DNA of 64,000 nucleotides from an uncultured Rivularia sp. (GCA_963665115.1 OY762007.1:1056001-1120000), one strand, 5' to 3'. Shown: positions 41,401 through 51,013, counted from the first letter of the stretch. Notes: generated by a model from the letters alone, not told the origin. A program made the numbers and translations.

Positions 41401-44400
41401 GCGTAATAATCAACTGAATTATCTCCACTTGCGCCGATAGAAACATAAGGAATTCGGGTGGAGAATTCCACGTTTTGATTAAAAATATTAGGAGTATTAA
41501 TAGAAAAATCTTCTTTAGTAATCTTCTGTGCGGTATTTATAGAATTATTTGGTTCTTTTTCGGGTAATGTTTGAAGACAATTTAAAAATGTATCGCAGGA
41601 ATATAAGTTAACATCAAATTTTTGCTCGTCTATTTTGCTTGCAGTTGGACGATTCTCAAACTCAGAGTCAACTCCAGCAATATTAACATTGCCTGTGGCA
41701 TTAACAATAATTTCACCTGCTTCTCCCACCCCAAAGGTATTATTTAATATCTGTCCGCCATTTTGCACGGAAACAGTATTAGCATTAACAGTTATGTCTC
41801 CTCCATCCGATTGACTAAAAGTTTGGGCACTTAATACCCCACCATCAGCAATATTTATAATACCTGTTTCAATAGTTATATCTCCTCCTTGACCGCTATT
41901 AATTCCTTCACTAGAAGTAAAAACACCACTTAAAGAACCATCATTTCCAATGCCAATAATATCAATTGTATCGGTGACATTAAGATTAATATCACCAGAT
42001 ATACCTGCACCTTGAGTTAATGCTAATAGTTGAGAACCTCCTAACAGGGAAAAGTAATTTGAAGTGATATCAATATCACCACTATTTCCCGTTGAAGATG
42101 ATGTTGCAGCAGTCGCAATCTTGCTTTGATTTGTTAAATCAACTGCGTTAGTGACTTGCAAATTGATATTTCCGGCATTTCCCTTATCAGTTGTAAGGCT
42201 AAGAATACTGCTATTGTTATTCAGAGAAACATCTTCTGCGCGAACGTTTACATTACCTGCATTACTTGTACTATAAGTTCCGGTATCAATTAAAGAAAAG
42301 TTTTCTAATTGCAGCTTTTGAGCATCAATTTCAATATTTCCACCCTTGCCATTGGAACCAGGTTCTAAAGCTGTTAACAAACGTGAATTATCAAGGTAAA
42401 TAAGATTAGTAGAATTAAGGGATATATCACCACTATTTCCACTACCAGGGGCAGTACTAGTGATATCAGTTTGGTTTAATTCAATTGAAGGAGCTTGAAG
42501 AGAAATATTACCTGCATTGCCATTATAATCAGCATTAGCACTAATAAAACTATCAGTCAATTGCAGGGGTTCTATTAAACTTGTGAGGTAGATATCACCA
42601 CTTTCTTGAGTGCCAGAGGTAATTATAGAATCTACATTAATACCATTATTCGCTTCAAGTTTTACTGTTCCACCGCTACCTTCAGCAGATTCAGAATTTA
42701 AGGAATCGGTAGAAATATTGCCACCAGCAGTTATTGTAATTGCTCCAGCATTGCCTTGTTCTCCAGCAGAAGAATCAATATCAGCAGTTTGAATATTCCC
42801 AGCAGCAGTTAAGATAATAGAACCATTGTTACCGAATTCAGTTGAGTTCTGAATAGAATCTCTACTGTTAATAGAACCTTCAGTACTGGTAAGATTAATA
42901 TTTCCATTTCCCTCTCCACTTGAAGAAAAAATAGAACCAGATTTTGGTATATTAATATCACCAGCAGCAGTTATATTAATATCACCAGTTTTTGATGATG
43001 CTTCAGATCTTAATTTTCCTATAAAAATGTTACCATCAGTACTCGTGATGTTAATTTTTCCGGAATTTTCAGTGCTAAAACGATCTCCTGTTTCAATTCT
43101 CCCTACATCGATATCACCTTTTGCTGTAATTGTAATATCACCGCTATTAGAGCCTGAAGAATACAAAATTGGAGCTATAATACCACCTTGAGTACTGGTA
43201 AAATTAATATCTGCACCATTTGATCTAATTGTTGAACAACAGGAGGAGGAAATCTCTTGAATATTACCTAAAGCTTCAATAATTATAGAACCACCTCTTA
43301 TATCAATATCTCCTGCTAATTGAATATCTCCGCTACTTAAACTACTGTTAGGGTTATATTGATTGCTTAAAAACACTAAACCATCAGCACTATCAACTCT
43401 AATATTTCCACTAATAACTATATCGCTACTGCTTCCACTTCCCCCCGTATTCGGATTCCTCGGAGAAAAACGACCATTTCCAATAACACCAGGAGTACCA
43501 AATGCAGTAGTACCCGCTCGAATATCTAAAGTTGCTTGATTTTTCCCGTTAATATCTAAACTTTCACCATTAGAAAGAGTAACCGTTTCTTCCAAACCAT
43601 TCGCACCATCTGCACCCGTAATCGTCACATCACCCGTAATCTTGACGCTTCCCCCAGCCAAAATATGCAATGATGCACCGATATAACTATCAAAACTGAC
43701 ATCACCACTAGCTCTTATTATTGGATCTTTGGGACTTTCTAAATCCCCCAGACTTCCATTTAATTTTTCAATTCTGAAACTTCCACCACTAAAATAGCGA
43801 GCATCACCAAGCACGGGTGCAGCACTTTGCAAAATTAAATCGTTACCAGAAAATAAACCGCTTTGATGGTGGTTTAATGCAAAAATATCTATTTTTTGAT
43901 TTGCTTGTAATAATAAATTATTTCCAGCATCAGCAATAAAGGGATTGTTTGAATTATCCCTAATTTTTAAATTGTTCTGTGCTTGTAAATTTAAATCTCT
44001 ACCAACTTCTAACTCTCCAGTTAAATCAAGATTTTTTCCTATAAGGTTCAAATCTTTGCCAACAGTTAAATTACCTTGATTGCTAATATCTGCTTGTTGA
44101 TTGCGCGGATATTGTAAACCAGGAGTAAGATTTACTTTTAGTAACGGTACAGAAGACGGATTTGTTGCGCTAAATTCAAAACCATTATTAAATAAAATAC
44201 TCTCAGCGGTGGTTGCAGTAAACGAACCATAAATATCTAAACTTGCACCTTTACCAAAGATAATTCCATTAGGATTAAGTAAAAACAAATTAGCATTACC
44301 CAATACTCCCAACTTACCGAAAATGTTCGACGGATTTTTTCCAGTAACCCGAGTCAGGATATTTTCTATTGCAGTTGGATTGCTAAAATAAACGCTTTTA

Positions 44401-44636
44401 CCGCGATCGATATTGAATTCTTTAAAACTATGAAATAAATTAGAGCCGCGAATTGTACCACCATCAATTCTTTGCAACAATTTGGAGGGATTAACTATAG
44501 AATTTTCTTCTCCCAGAGTATTATCTGGTGTCAATTGTGCATTTACGGGAAATGCTGCTGGAAGTGATAATGTAACTGATAAACCGAATAATATACAATG
44601 GTTCTGGATTAAACCCCAAGGTTGGCGATCGCGCAT
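38472..44636 (-). CDS. Filamentous haemagglutinin (TpsA-like) exoprotein, long paralog with inserted PPC-like domain
   Basis: Same TPS domain and C-terminus; insert EKEPNNSINTAQ...DYYAI...DPYLRYTFTEPGTYLIKV at about 41095-41570. Confidence 0.92.
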   Translation of the reverse strand: MRDRQPWGLIQNHCILFGLSVTLSLPAAFPVNAQLTPDNTLGEENSIVNPSKLLQRIDGGTIRGSNLFHSFKEFNIDRGKSVYFSNPTAIENILTRVTGKNPSNIFGKLGVLGNANLFLLNPNGIIFGKGASLDIYGSFTATTAESILFNNGFEFSATNPSSVPLLKVNLTPGLQYPRNQQADISNQGNLTVGKDLNLIGKNLDLTGELEVGRDLNLQAQNNLKIRDNSNNPFIADAGNNLLLQANQKIDIFALNHHQSGLFSGNDLILQSAAPVLGDARYFSGGSFRIEKLNGSLGDLESPKDPIIRASGDVSFDSYIGASLHILAGGSVKITGDVTITGADGANGLEETVTLSNGESLDINGKNQATLDIRAGTTAFGTPGVIGNGRFSPRNPNTGGSGSSSDIVISGNIRVDSADGLVFLSNQYNPNSSLSSGDIQLAGDIDIRGGSIIIEALGNIQEISSSCCSTIRSNGADINFTSTQGGIIAPILYSSGSNSGDITITAKGDIDVGRIETGDRFSTENSGKINITSTDGNIFIGKLRSEASSKTGDINITAAGDINIPKSGSIFSSSGEGNGNINLTSTEGSINSRDSIQNSTEFGNNGSIILTAAGNIQTADIDSSAGEQGNAGAITITAGGNISTDSLNSESAEGSGGTVKLEANNGINVDSIITSGTQESGDIYLTSLIEPLQLTDSFISANADYNGNAGNISLQAPSIELNQTDITSTAPGSGNSGDISLNSTNLIYLDNSRLLTALEPGSNGKGGNIEIDAQKLQLENFSLIDTGTYSTSNAGNVNVRAEDVSLNNNSSILSLTTDKGNAGNINLQVTNAVDLTNQSKIATAATSSSTGNSGDIDITSNYFSLLGGSQLLALTQGAGISGDINLNVTDTIDIIGIGNDGSLSGVFTSSEGINSGQGGDITIETGIINIADGGVLSAQTFSQSDGGDITVNANTVSVQNGGQILNNTFGVGEAGEIIVNATGNVNIAGVDSEFENRPTASKIDEQKFDVNLYSCDTFLNCLQTLPEKEPNNSINTAQKITKEDFSINTPNIFNQNVEFSTRIPYVSIGASGDNSVDYYAIEIKQAGTRAVFDVDYAGSDYLDAKLTLFNQQGNELTSSDNSSDNLGAGGSWSLDGGLDPYLRYTFTEPGTYLIKVNQADGSGIPTSFNGINYGLQISLETPSIATSTVTSGAASGIFARTEGTGNAGNIEINTPQLNIANGAELTVSSKGNSNAGNLLVDAKIVNINNQAKIATETESGISGNIRFDNLESLQLNQNSQISASTVDGKAGDVIIDAKDINLFDASNITSEATGEGIAGELQITTRQLNIINKSRASVNSKKSAGDLIITADSIILDNQAKLTSETDDGISGDIELRNLNTLLVKGDSLISATTVDGEAGDIIINAKDEVRIETDSTIASGAVGTGIAGFIDITTDKLNISDNSQVTVSTKGSGNAGYVLIKASNVNLNNQAKISATTDNGISGDITLDNLNSLILSNNADISASTVDGKAGNITINSSDKVKIESNSKLESAAIGNGEAGFLEITTNKLTISDNSQATVSSKDSQIPGYILIEAGSVNLNNEAKISATTDNGISGDITLDNLNSLILSNNADISASTVDGKAGFITINASDEVKIESSSKLESAATGNGKAGFLEVTTNKLSFSDKSQATVSSKGSGNAGYLLINANDVNLNNQGTISATTESGNGGDITLDGLNSLKLNNSEISASTVDGTAGNLNINASESIELIGKGGFSVQSSEGGTAGSVTVQTSQFNIKDEAQVTVSSKLGQAGNLEITTENLFINQGTLTAETGIGDGSEGANIMLYIQDLLQMRNNSLISAEAFDTANGGNITINNSQGFIIALPFENSDVTANANQGNGGNIDITTQNIFGLVFREKKTLKSDITASSKFGLNGEVTVDQLNVNPASGLIELPSTLVGTTGIKAGCAASNGNNFIVSGKGGLPQNPDDLFNGETTYTDLFDLVPTEESSSNIRNEFSNVSTDNQTNQIVEATGWVVDDEGDVIFVAKMPENNSQSSMLSSVDCERFSAVGEYQRR

Positions 44637-44769
44637 TTATTTTCTCTGAAAACTCTTTTACTAGCTTATTCACCTATTAGGGTGATATTTATAGAGTTCC
44701 CAGATGTAAAGATAAACTAACATAAGGGAATAGAGAGCAAGCAATGGGAACAAGCCTTTTGACGCAAAC

Positions 44770-44807
44770 AATCATCCCAAGATAAAAATAATTACCTTGG
44801 GATGATT
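44770..44807 (-). terminator. Perfect 12-bp hairpin downstream of the small ORF
   Basis: AATCATCCCAAG...CTTGGGATGATT. Confidence 0.6.
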
Positions 44808-44859
44808 AGAAAACTATAAATTTAGAAATAAGTCAAATGCATCAAGTAGTCATTTGCTA

Positions 44860-45015
44860 TTACAAACATCCATATTTATCGTCACATTTGATTAGCTCGG
44901 ATGAAGATTGAGAACTGACAGATTCTCCTGCTGAATTATTTTGAGCGCTGGCTACATTTGGCATTAAGAGTAGCATGGATACGCCCACTAAAATTGATAG
45001 TTTAATTTCTTTCAT
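44860..45015 (-). CDS. Small secreted peptide, 51 aa (not in the ORF track)
   Basis: AAGAAGGAAA RBS; MKEIKLSILVGVSMLLLMPNVASA-QNNSAGESVSSQSSSELIKCDDKYGCL; AxA cleavage site. Confidence 0.75.
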   Translation of the reverse strand: MKEIKLSILVGVSMLLLMPNVASAQNNSAGESVSSQSSSELIKCDDKYGCL

Positions 45016-45496
45016 TGTAATTTCCTTCTTTTTAAAGTTTTTTAATAGGACTCTTAAAAATCAGATATATAGTTAATGATTTCAATAAATGTTTCAGCCC
45101 TATTATTTTATTTTTATAACACTATTATTTTCTAATGAGTGTTGAACTCGCTTATTTATTTCAAATAAAGCCTAAATTTTAACTAAGGTTTATCAGCATT
45201 ATAAATAATCTAAGACAAAGACTATTACAAGTAATTTTAAAACCGAAATAATACTTAAATTATACTTTTAAATTTTAATTACATCTAGATATTTTCTCCC
45301 GATCATTGTCGAAAAATTGAGTTAAATAAAATAGCAATTATAAGTAATTAAACGGATATTTGCTTGATGCGTTGCAGCATTTCGTGAAGATATTCAGATT
45401 TTACTTCTAATTGAATTGTATTTATTTCTTGCATAAAACCTCTCTAAAACTAAAATACTTCTTATGTTATTTTTATTTCATTAATTAAAACAATTC

Positions 45497-45593
45497 GTAG
45501 GTTGGGTTAGACACGAAAGTAAATTGCTTGATGATGAGTAAATTAATTTATCGTGTCGTAGCCCAACATCGGTATTTTAGGAAAACGGTCGAG
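45497..45593. repeat. REP/REPIN-like element, left arm only
   Basis: GTAGGTTGGGTTAGACACG...CGTGTCGTAGCCCAAC hairpin; homologous to 47420-47451 plus 48037-48100. Confidence 0.8.
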
Positions 45594-46328
45594 TTATATT
45601 TCCTGCAATATCCAATCTAAACCACCACATCTACCATATTTTTCATATATAGTTTTTAGAATTTCTTTTGTTTCTGCTTTAGTACAATTTTTGAAGTCAG
45701 TCTCAGCAATTTCTATCCAAGATAGCAACATATCTGTAAGACTTAGCCATTCAATTTTAGGTATGAATTCGCTATCAAAAAGCATAATAACAGGTGAGTT
45801 TTTCTGCTATTTTTCACTACCAATTACAGCTAATAACATATCTTCAAATATAGAAATCGGAAACCATTTTGGATTAATATCATGCCCATACTTTTCTCTA
45901 CATTCATTGAACGCTTGATATATCCTCATTGATTCTCTTAAACCAATCAAAGGAATTTCATAATTAGGAAATACAAAATAATATTTATATATATTGAAAT
46001 CATTTTCTGGAGGATGATTTAAACCAATAGGAAGTAAACCATTACCTCTTTGATATAGCTCATACATTTCTACAGGAAGCTCGAATGGGTAATCTTTTGT
46101 TATCTCATTAATTTGTTCAATAGTTAATGTTGGAGGTGAATTTGATAATTCTTTCTGTAATTCTAATTCATATTCTTTACCAACTTCTCTAAATTCGTCG
46201 ATATTTCTAAATGAAATATAACCGTTATTCGGCGCAACTGCTGCTAATGTAAAGTCATATAAAGAACGTTGGGATTTTCGTTGTGCATAAATTGCAATTC
46301 TATCAATTGCTTCTGTCATCAAAGACAT
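45594..46328 (-). pseudogene. SMI1/KNR4-like protein interrupted by in-frame TAG (45807-45809)
   Basis: LTIEQINE...PFELPVEMYELYQRGNG motif; frame continues EK*QKNSPVIMLFDSEF...WLSLTDML. Confidence 0.65.
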
Positions 46329-46371
46329 AATATTTTATTTTTATAAAGTAAATATATTGTAGGGTTAATTT

Positions 46372-46596
46372 TTATTCGACTTCAAAAAGAGTACGAGGAA
46401 GCCCTGATTGACGGATAATAGAACGTAAAGTACCCGTTTTTAATTCATCGTAATTTGGTACAGGAATACTTGTAGTTGAGTCTTCGGTTTTGAATTGCAT
46501 GATAATATGGCTACCGCGTTGACGTACTTGGATAAAGCCATTTTGTTCGAGGATTTTACAAACTTCTTTAGCAGAAAGAACGCGCAATTTACCCAA
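46372..46596 (-). CDS. hicA: HicA family toxin
   Basis: LEQNGF..VRQRGSH, IPVP, LKTGTLRSIIRQSGL. Confidence 0.92.
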   Translation of the reverse strand: MGKLRVLSAKEVCKILEQNGFIQVRQRGSHIIMQFKTEDSTTSIPVPNYDELKTGTLRSIIRQSGLPRTLFEVE

Positions 46597-46816
46597 TGCT
46601 CACCTCTAAGCGCGTTACAAATACTTCTGTATGTAATCTGTCTTCAATTTCAGATGGAGATGCAACTTCAAAAAATAGTTCTACTGCTTCGACTAAATTA
46701 TCCCTTGCTTCTTCAATTGTTTTACCTTGACTAGCAATATCTAATTCCGGACAAAGTGCTACATACCAATCGTCTTCAGGGTTGATAATTGCTGTTAGCT
46801 GTTTTTTTTGTTTCAT
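46589..46816 (-). CDS. hicB: Short HicB family antitoxin
   Basis: YVALCPELDIASQGKTIEEARDNLVEAVEL; overlaps the hicA start. Confidence 0.9.
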   Translation of the reverse strand: MKQKKQLTAIINPEDDWYVALCPELDIASQGKTIEEARDNLVEAVELFFEVASPSEIEDRLHTEVFVTRLEVSIG

Positions 46817-46839
46817 ACTTGTTCTCTTCATGTAGTGAT

Positions 46840-47112
46840 TCACAACCTTTGAAGTAACTCGTCATATTTATCATGCGAGCCAATCCAAAACCAGTAAATA
46901 TGTTCGTCTGACTCTAACAAACCTAAAACACGATAATTAAGACTGATACGAGCAGAATAAATCGGTTGTTGCTGGCTTACTCGTTTAAACTGTAGGCTAT
47001 TATGATAAGGGTCTTCACGCCATAATTCATAAGCTTTTTCAGCTTGCTGTTGTACTGACTCAGGTAGTTTATCAAGCTGCTTACGGAAACTTTTAGTTAC
47101 ACTTGATTTCAT
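46840..47112 (-). CDS. RelE/ParE superfamily toxin
   Basis: TKSFRKQLDKLP, DPYHNSLQFKRV, YRVLG, WFWIGSHDKYD. Confidence 0.85.
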   Translation of the reverse strand: MKSSVTKSFRKQLDKLPESVQQQAEKAYELWREDPYHNSLQFKRVSQQQPIYSARISLNYRVLGLLESDEHIYWFWIGSHDKYDELLQRL

Positions 47113-47115
47113 CGT

Positions 47116-47340
47116 TTAACTTGGAAAGACATCATCAAGTGGAGAAGTTTCACCATCTGCTATTTCCTGTCTTACCATTTGCGCTAATTTATCCCATTGC
47201 TTATTAGTAGTTGCTGCAAAGCGCTTTTCCCAAGCTTGCTCATCTTTTAGTTCCGTAAGAAGACGAGTTGCGATCGCATCTTGTTGTTCATCTGGGAGTT
47301 TTTCGATTTCTGCAACAACTTGGCGAAGTAGTTCAGTCAT
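47116..47340 (-). CDS. Putative antitoxin for the downstream RelE-like toxin
   Basis: Small acidic helical protein ending 3 bp before the toxin start. Confidence 0.7.
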   Translation of the reverse strand: MTELLRQVVAEIEKLPDEQQDAIATRLLTELKDEQAWEKRFAATTNKQWDKLAQMVRQEIADGETSPLDDVFPS

Positions 47341-47419
47341 TTTGTAGAAGGTTCTGTATTAAATTGACTTTCCGAATAATTTTATTTTAATGCAGCGCTG
47401 GTTGATTATGATTAGCAGT

Positions 47420-48214
47420 TAGGTTGGGTTAGACATGAAAATAAAATGTTGAAATCGCGAATAACGAATCGATACATTATTTCATGTTATCGTCTTGCAA
47501 CCCATAATTCAGAAGTATTTAAAATACTGCGATTAAATTTAACACCAATTTCGCCATTAGAAGCAGTTGAAACTGCTTGACTATCTATTTTAATTTCCAT
47601 AATTTTAATTCCTGAATAAACTCCATCATCACAGACAATAATTTTCGCTCCCTTATGTAGAGTAATATTCTCAATTTGTAGTATGGCAACTGTTCCCTTG
47701 TGATGAATTTCTTGCGGAAATCCTATCCTATCTGCATTCGAGGGTTGAAACCTTACAAGTCCATGTTGCAACAAAGCTTTTCTTGTATCTTCTTTTGTAA
47801 CAAAACGTGCTTCGATATTACGATAGAGCTTAAACAAACAATATGTAGTTAATAAACCTCTCTTTTCGTTTTTGGCATCAGTAATTCGTTGTTCGCTAAA
47901 AGGAGGATTTTTTCTCGCTTTAGGTAGTAAATATCGTTGATGATTGACTAAATATAAAGCAGAAACATCAAAACTTCCTCGTTGTTCTGCTCTTCTGAAC
48001 TTAATCGTGTTGATCTGTGAACAATCACTATTTTTAGATGATGAGAAAATTAGTTTATCGTATCGTAACCCAACATCGATGTTTTGGAAGACGACCGATA
48101 TTGTACTGTTAATTTAAGATGCGTAATTATTCACAAACTATAATATTGGGTTACGACGGAATTCAATTATTTGCGTTTATGCTTAATATTATTTATTCGC
48201 CTAACCCAACCTAC
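47420..48214. repeat. Full REPIN-like element interrupted by a ~585-bp insert
   Basis: TAGGTTGGGTTAGACATG at 47420, element resumes GATGATGAG at 48037, right arm TTGGGTTACG...CTAACCCAACCTAC ends 48214. Confidence 0.75.
47487..48030 (-). pseudogene. 5'-truncated gene fragment, hypothetical protein C-terminus
   Basis: Frame stays open ~64 codons upstream of the TTG (SDCSQINTIKFRRAEQRGSFDVSALYLVNHQRYL...) with no ATG until it runs into repeat DNA. Confidence 0.6.
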
Positions 48215-48232
48215 AAATACAAATAATTTCAA

Positions 48233-48364
48233 GTAGTGCGTTAGCTTAGCGTGTCTGAAAGACAAGCTTCTAGCTCGCTTGAGAAAAGTAACGGGCAAAG
48301 TTTTAATAATTCCCAAGCGGGCAAATACGAAAAATTCCCCAAGCGGGCAAGATGCCCGCACTAC
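48233..48364. repeat. GTAG REP-like element immediately downstream of alaS
   Basis: GTAGTGCG...GCGGGCAAGATGCCCGCACTAC. Confidence 0.75.
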
Positions 48365-48370
48365 AACCAA

Positions 48371-51013
48371 TCAACCCAAACTAGCTTTCAAATCACCTTT
48401 GGCTTTCTCCAATGCTTCGGGTAATTTACTCGCATCTCTTCCCCCGGCTTGAGCTAAATTAGGTCTTCCACCTCCACCTCCACCGCACATTTTGGCAACT
48501 GCTCCAATAAATTTACCTGCCTGCACGCCTTTTTTGTTAATATCTGCACCGAATGCTGCTACTAAGCTGACTTTTCCGTCGTCAATTGCGGAACCCAAAA
48601 CCACTGCTGCGTTATTACCGATTTTCTGCTGCAATCTTTCGGCTGCTGTTTTCAAGGATTCTGCGTCAACTCCTTCCATTTTGGCAACCAGATATTTATA
48701 TTCTCCTACCGATTCAGCGGTTTCTAATAAACTATCGGATTTAGCGATCGCCATTTGTCCTTTTATCTTCTCAATTTCTTTCTGCGCGTTTCTAAGTTCG
48801 GTTTGCAGTGTAGTTATTCTATCGGTGATTTCTTCTGGTTTTACTTTGAACCTTTCGCTCAAATCTTTGACTACATTATCCCTAACGTTGAGATAATCTA
48901 ATATTGCGGGACCGGAAACGGCTTCAATCCTTCTCACACCTGAAGAAATCCCAGCTTCGGAGATGATCTTAAAAATTCCTATCTCCGCAGTATTACTTAC
49001 GTGTGTCCCACCGCAAAGTTCCATTGATACGCCTTGAAAGTCGATTACTCGCACTTCCTCGCCGTATTTTTCGCCGAACATTGCCACCGCTCCTCTAGCT
49101 TTTGCTTCTGCTAATGGTAAAACTTCAAGTTTGGCAGCATGAGCTTCTGCTATCCAGTTATTAACTTGTGATTCAACAGAAAGTACTTCTTCCGGTGTCA
49201 TGTTGCGGGGACAGTTGAAGTCGAAGCGCAATCTATCGAAGTTAACTAAGGAACCTGCTTGAGATATGCTGTCATCGACAATTTTTTTCAACGCTGCTTG
49301 TAACAGGTGAGTTGCGGTGTGGTTGGCTTGAGCGCGACGACGACAAGCGCGGTCGATTTGAGCGGTAACTAAATCTCCTACTCGGATTGTACCGCGTTCG
49401 ATGCGTCCGAAGTGAACAAAAAAGTCGGATTCTTTTTTCACGTCTTCAATTCTGACCACAATTCCATCACCGCTGATGTAACCTCTATCCCCAATTTGTC
49501 CCCCAGATTCAGCGTAAAACGGGGTTTTGTTGAGAACTATCTGTACGTCGGTTCCGGCTTCTGCTGCTTCTGTTGAAATCCCTTCTACTAATATTGCTTC
49601 AATTTTTGATGTTGCTGTGGGTTCGGTATAGCCAACAAATTCAGTGACTTCGATATTTTCTGCTAATTTATCAAGTTCGCCTTGAACGGTTAAATCGATG
49701 GTTTGGTGTGCGCCTTTAGAACCTTTTATTTGCACCTGCATTCTCTTGTTGAAACCGTCAACGTCAACCGTTAAACCTTCTTCGGCTGCAATTTCTTGGG
49801 TTAATTCTAAGGGGAAACCATGAGTATCGTATAAAGTAAAAGCGTCATCACCGCTAATAACAGTTTTATTTTCCTGCTTTAATTTAGCAATAACTTCTTC
49901 AAGCAGTTTCTCTCCACGCTCCAAAGTTGTGAGAAATTGAGACTCTTCTCGCTGTAATTCTGCTTTGATTGCGTCTTCCCTTTCCCTAACTCTGGGATAA
50001 GCACCTTCGGAAAGAGCGATCGCCGTTTCTGCAACCTGAGTAGTAAATTCCCCTTCAATGCCAATCAATCTGCCGTGACGCACTACCCGACGAATCAACC
50101 GACGCAATACATAACCTCTTCCTACGTTAGAAGCGCGGATTTCATCAGATATCATATGTACCACAGCGCGAATGTGGTCGCCAATGACTTTTAAAGAAGT
50201 TTTGGCTTTTTCGTCACTTTTACTGTAGTCAATTCCGGCAATTTCACCAGCTTTGGCAATAATTGGGAAAATTAAATCGGTTTCATAATTATTAGGAACC
50301 TGTTGGAGAATTTGAGCCATTCTTTCCAAACCCATCCCGGTATCAATATTTTTATTCGCGAGAGGGGTTAAATTACCATCAGCATCGCGGTTGTATTGCA
50401 TGAATACCAAATTATAAAACTCGATAAACCTGGTATCATCTTCCAAATCTATATTTTCATTGCCGCGTTCTGGGTGAAAATCGTAGAAAATCTCCGAACA
50501 TGGCCCACAAGGTCCCGTAGCTCCAGAAGCCCAGAAGTTATCTTCATCTAATCGTAAAATTCTAGCTTCCGGTACGCCAATTTTATCTCTCCAGATAGCA
50601 TAAGCTTCGTCATCTTCGTGATAAACGCTAACCGCAAGTCTTTCGGGGGGTAAATTAAAAACTTTTGTAGAAATTTCCCAACCCCAATTTATCGCTTGCT
50701 CCTTAAAATAGTCCCCAAAGCTGAAATTACCCAACATCTCAAAAAACGTGTGATGTCGCTTGGTAACTCCGACATTTTCAATATCGTTAGTCCGAACGCA
50801 CTTTTGAGAAGTGGTAGCGCGGTTAAATTCCGGGGTGCGCTGTCCGAGAAATATCGGCTTAAACGGCAGCATCCCCGCGATTGTCAGCAAAACCGTAGGA
50901 TCTTCCGGTACCAGAGAAGCACTAGGAAGCGGTTGATGTTCCCGTTGCGCGTAAAAGTCGATGAATTTTTGCCGGATTTCGTTACCGCCGAGATGTTGGG
51001 GATTTACAGACAT
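48371..51013 (-). CDS. alaS: Alanine--tRNA ligase
   Basis: DPTVLLTIAGM, HHTFFEMLGNFSFGDYFK, NHTATHLL, ELCGGTHV, GGGGGRPNLAQAGG. Confidence 0.99.
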   Translation of the reverse strand: MSVNPQHLGGNEIRQKFIDFYAQREHQPLPSASLVPEDPTVLLTIAGMLPFKPIFLGQRTPEFNRATTSQKCVRTNDIENVGVTKRHHTFFEMLGNFSFGDYFKEQAINWGWEISTKVFNLPPERLAVSVYHEDDEAYAIWRDKIGVPEARILRLDEDNFWASGATGPCGPCSEIFYDFHPERGNENIDLEDDTRFIEFYNLVFMQYNRDADGNLTPLANKNIDTGMGLERMAQILQQVPNNYETDLIFPIIAKAGEIAGIDYSKSDEKAKTSLKVIGDHIRAVVHMISDEIRASNVGRGYVLRRLIRRVVRHGRLIGIEGEFTTQVAETAIALSEGAYPRVREREDAIKAELQREESQFLTTLERGEKLLEEVIAKLKQENKTVISGDDAFTLYDTHGFPLELTQEIAAEEGLTVDVDGFNKRMQVQIKGSKGAHQTIDLTVQGELDKLAENIEVTEFVGYTEPTATSKIEAILVEGISTEAAEAGTDVQIVLNKTPFYAESGGQIGDRGYISGDGIVVRIEDVKKESDFFVHFGRIERGTIRVGDLVTAQIDRACRRRAQANHTATHLLQAALKKIVDDSISQAGSLVNFDRLRFDFNCPRNMTPEEVLSVESQVNNWIAEAHAAKLEVLPLAEAKARGAVAMFGEKYGEEVRVIDFQGVSMELCGGTHVSNTAEIGIFKIISEAGISSGVRRIEAVSGPAILDYLNVRDNVVKDLSERFKVKPEEITDRITTLQTELRNAQKEIEKIKGQMAIAKSDSLLETAESVGEYKYLVAKMEGVDAESLKTAAERLQQKIGNNAAVVLGSAIDDGKVSLVAAFGADINKKGVQAGKFIGAVAKMCGGGGGGRPNLAQAGGRDASKLPEALEKAKGDLKASLG

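Noticed and set aside
34447..46328. Contact-dependent inhibition locus (TpsA plus SMI1 immunity)
   Set aside because: Both TpsA C-termini are near-identical conserved tails with no toxin domain, and the SMI1-like gene is upstream within the alaS island
45497..48364. Integron cassette array
   Set aside because: No integron integrase, and the repeats are GTAG REP-type, not attC-like, and do not separate each gene
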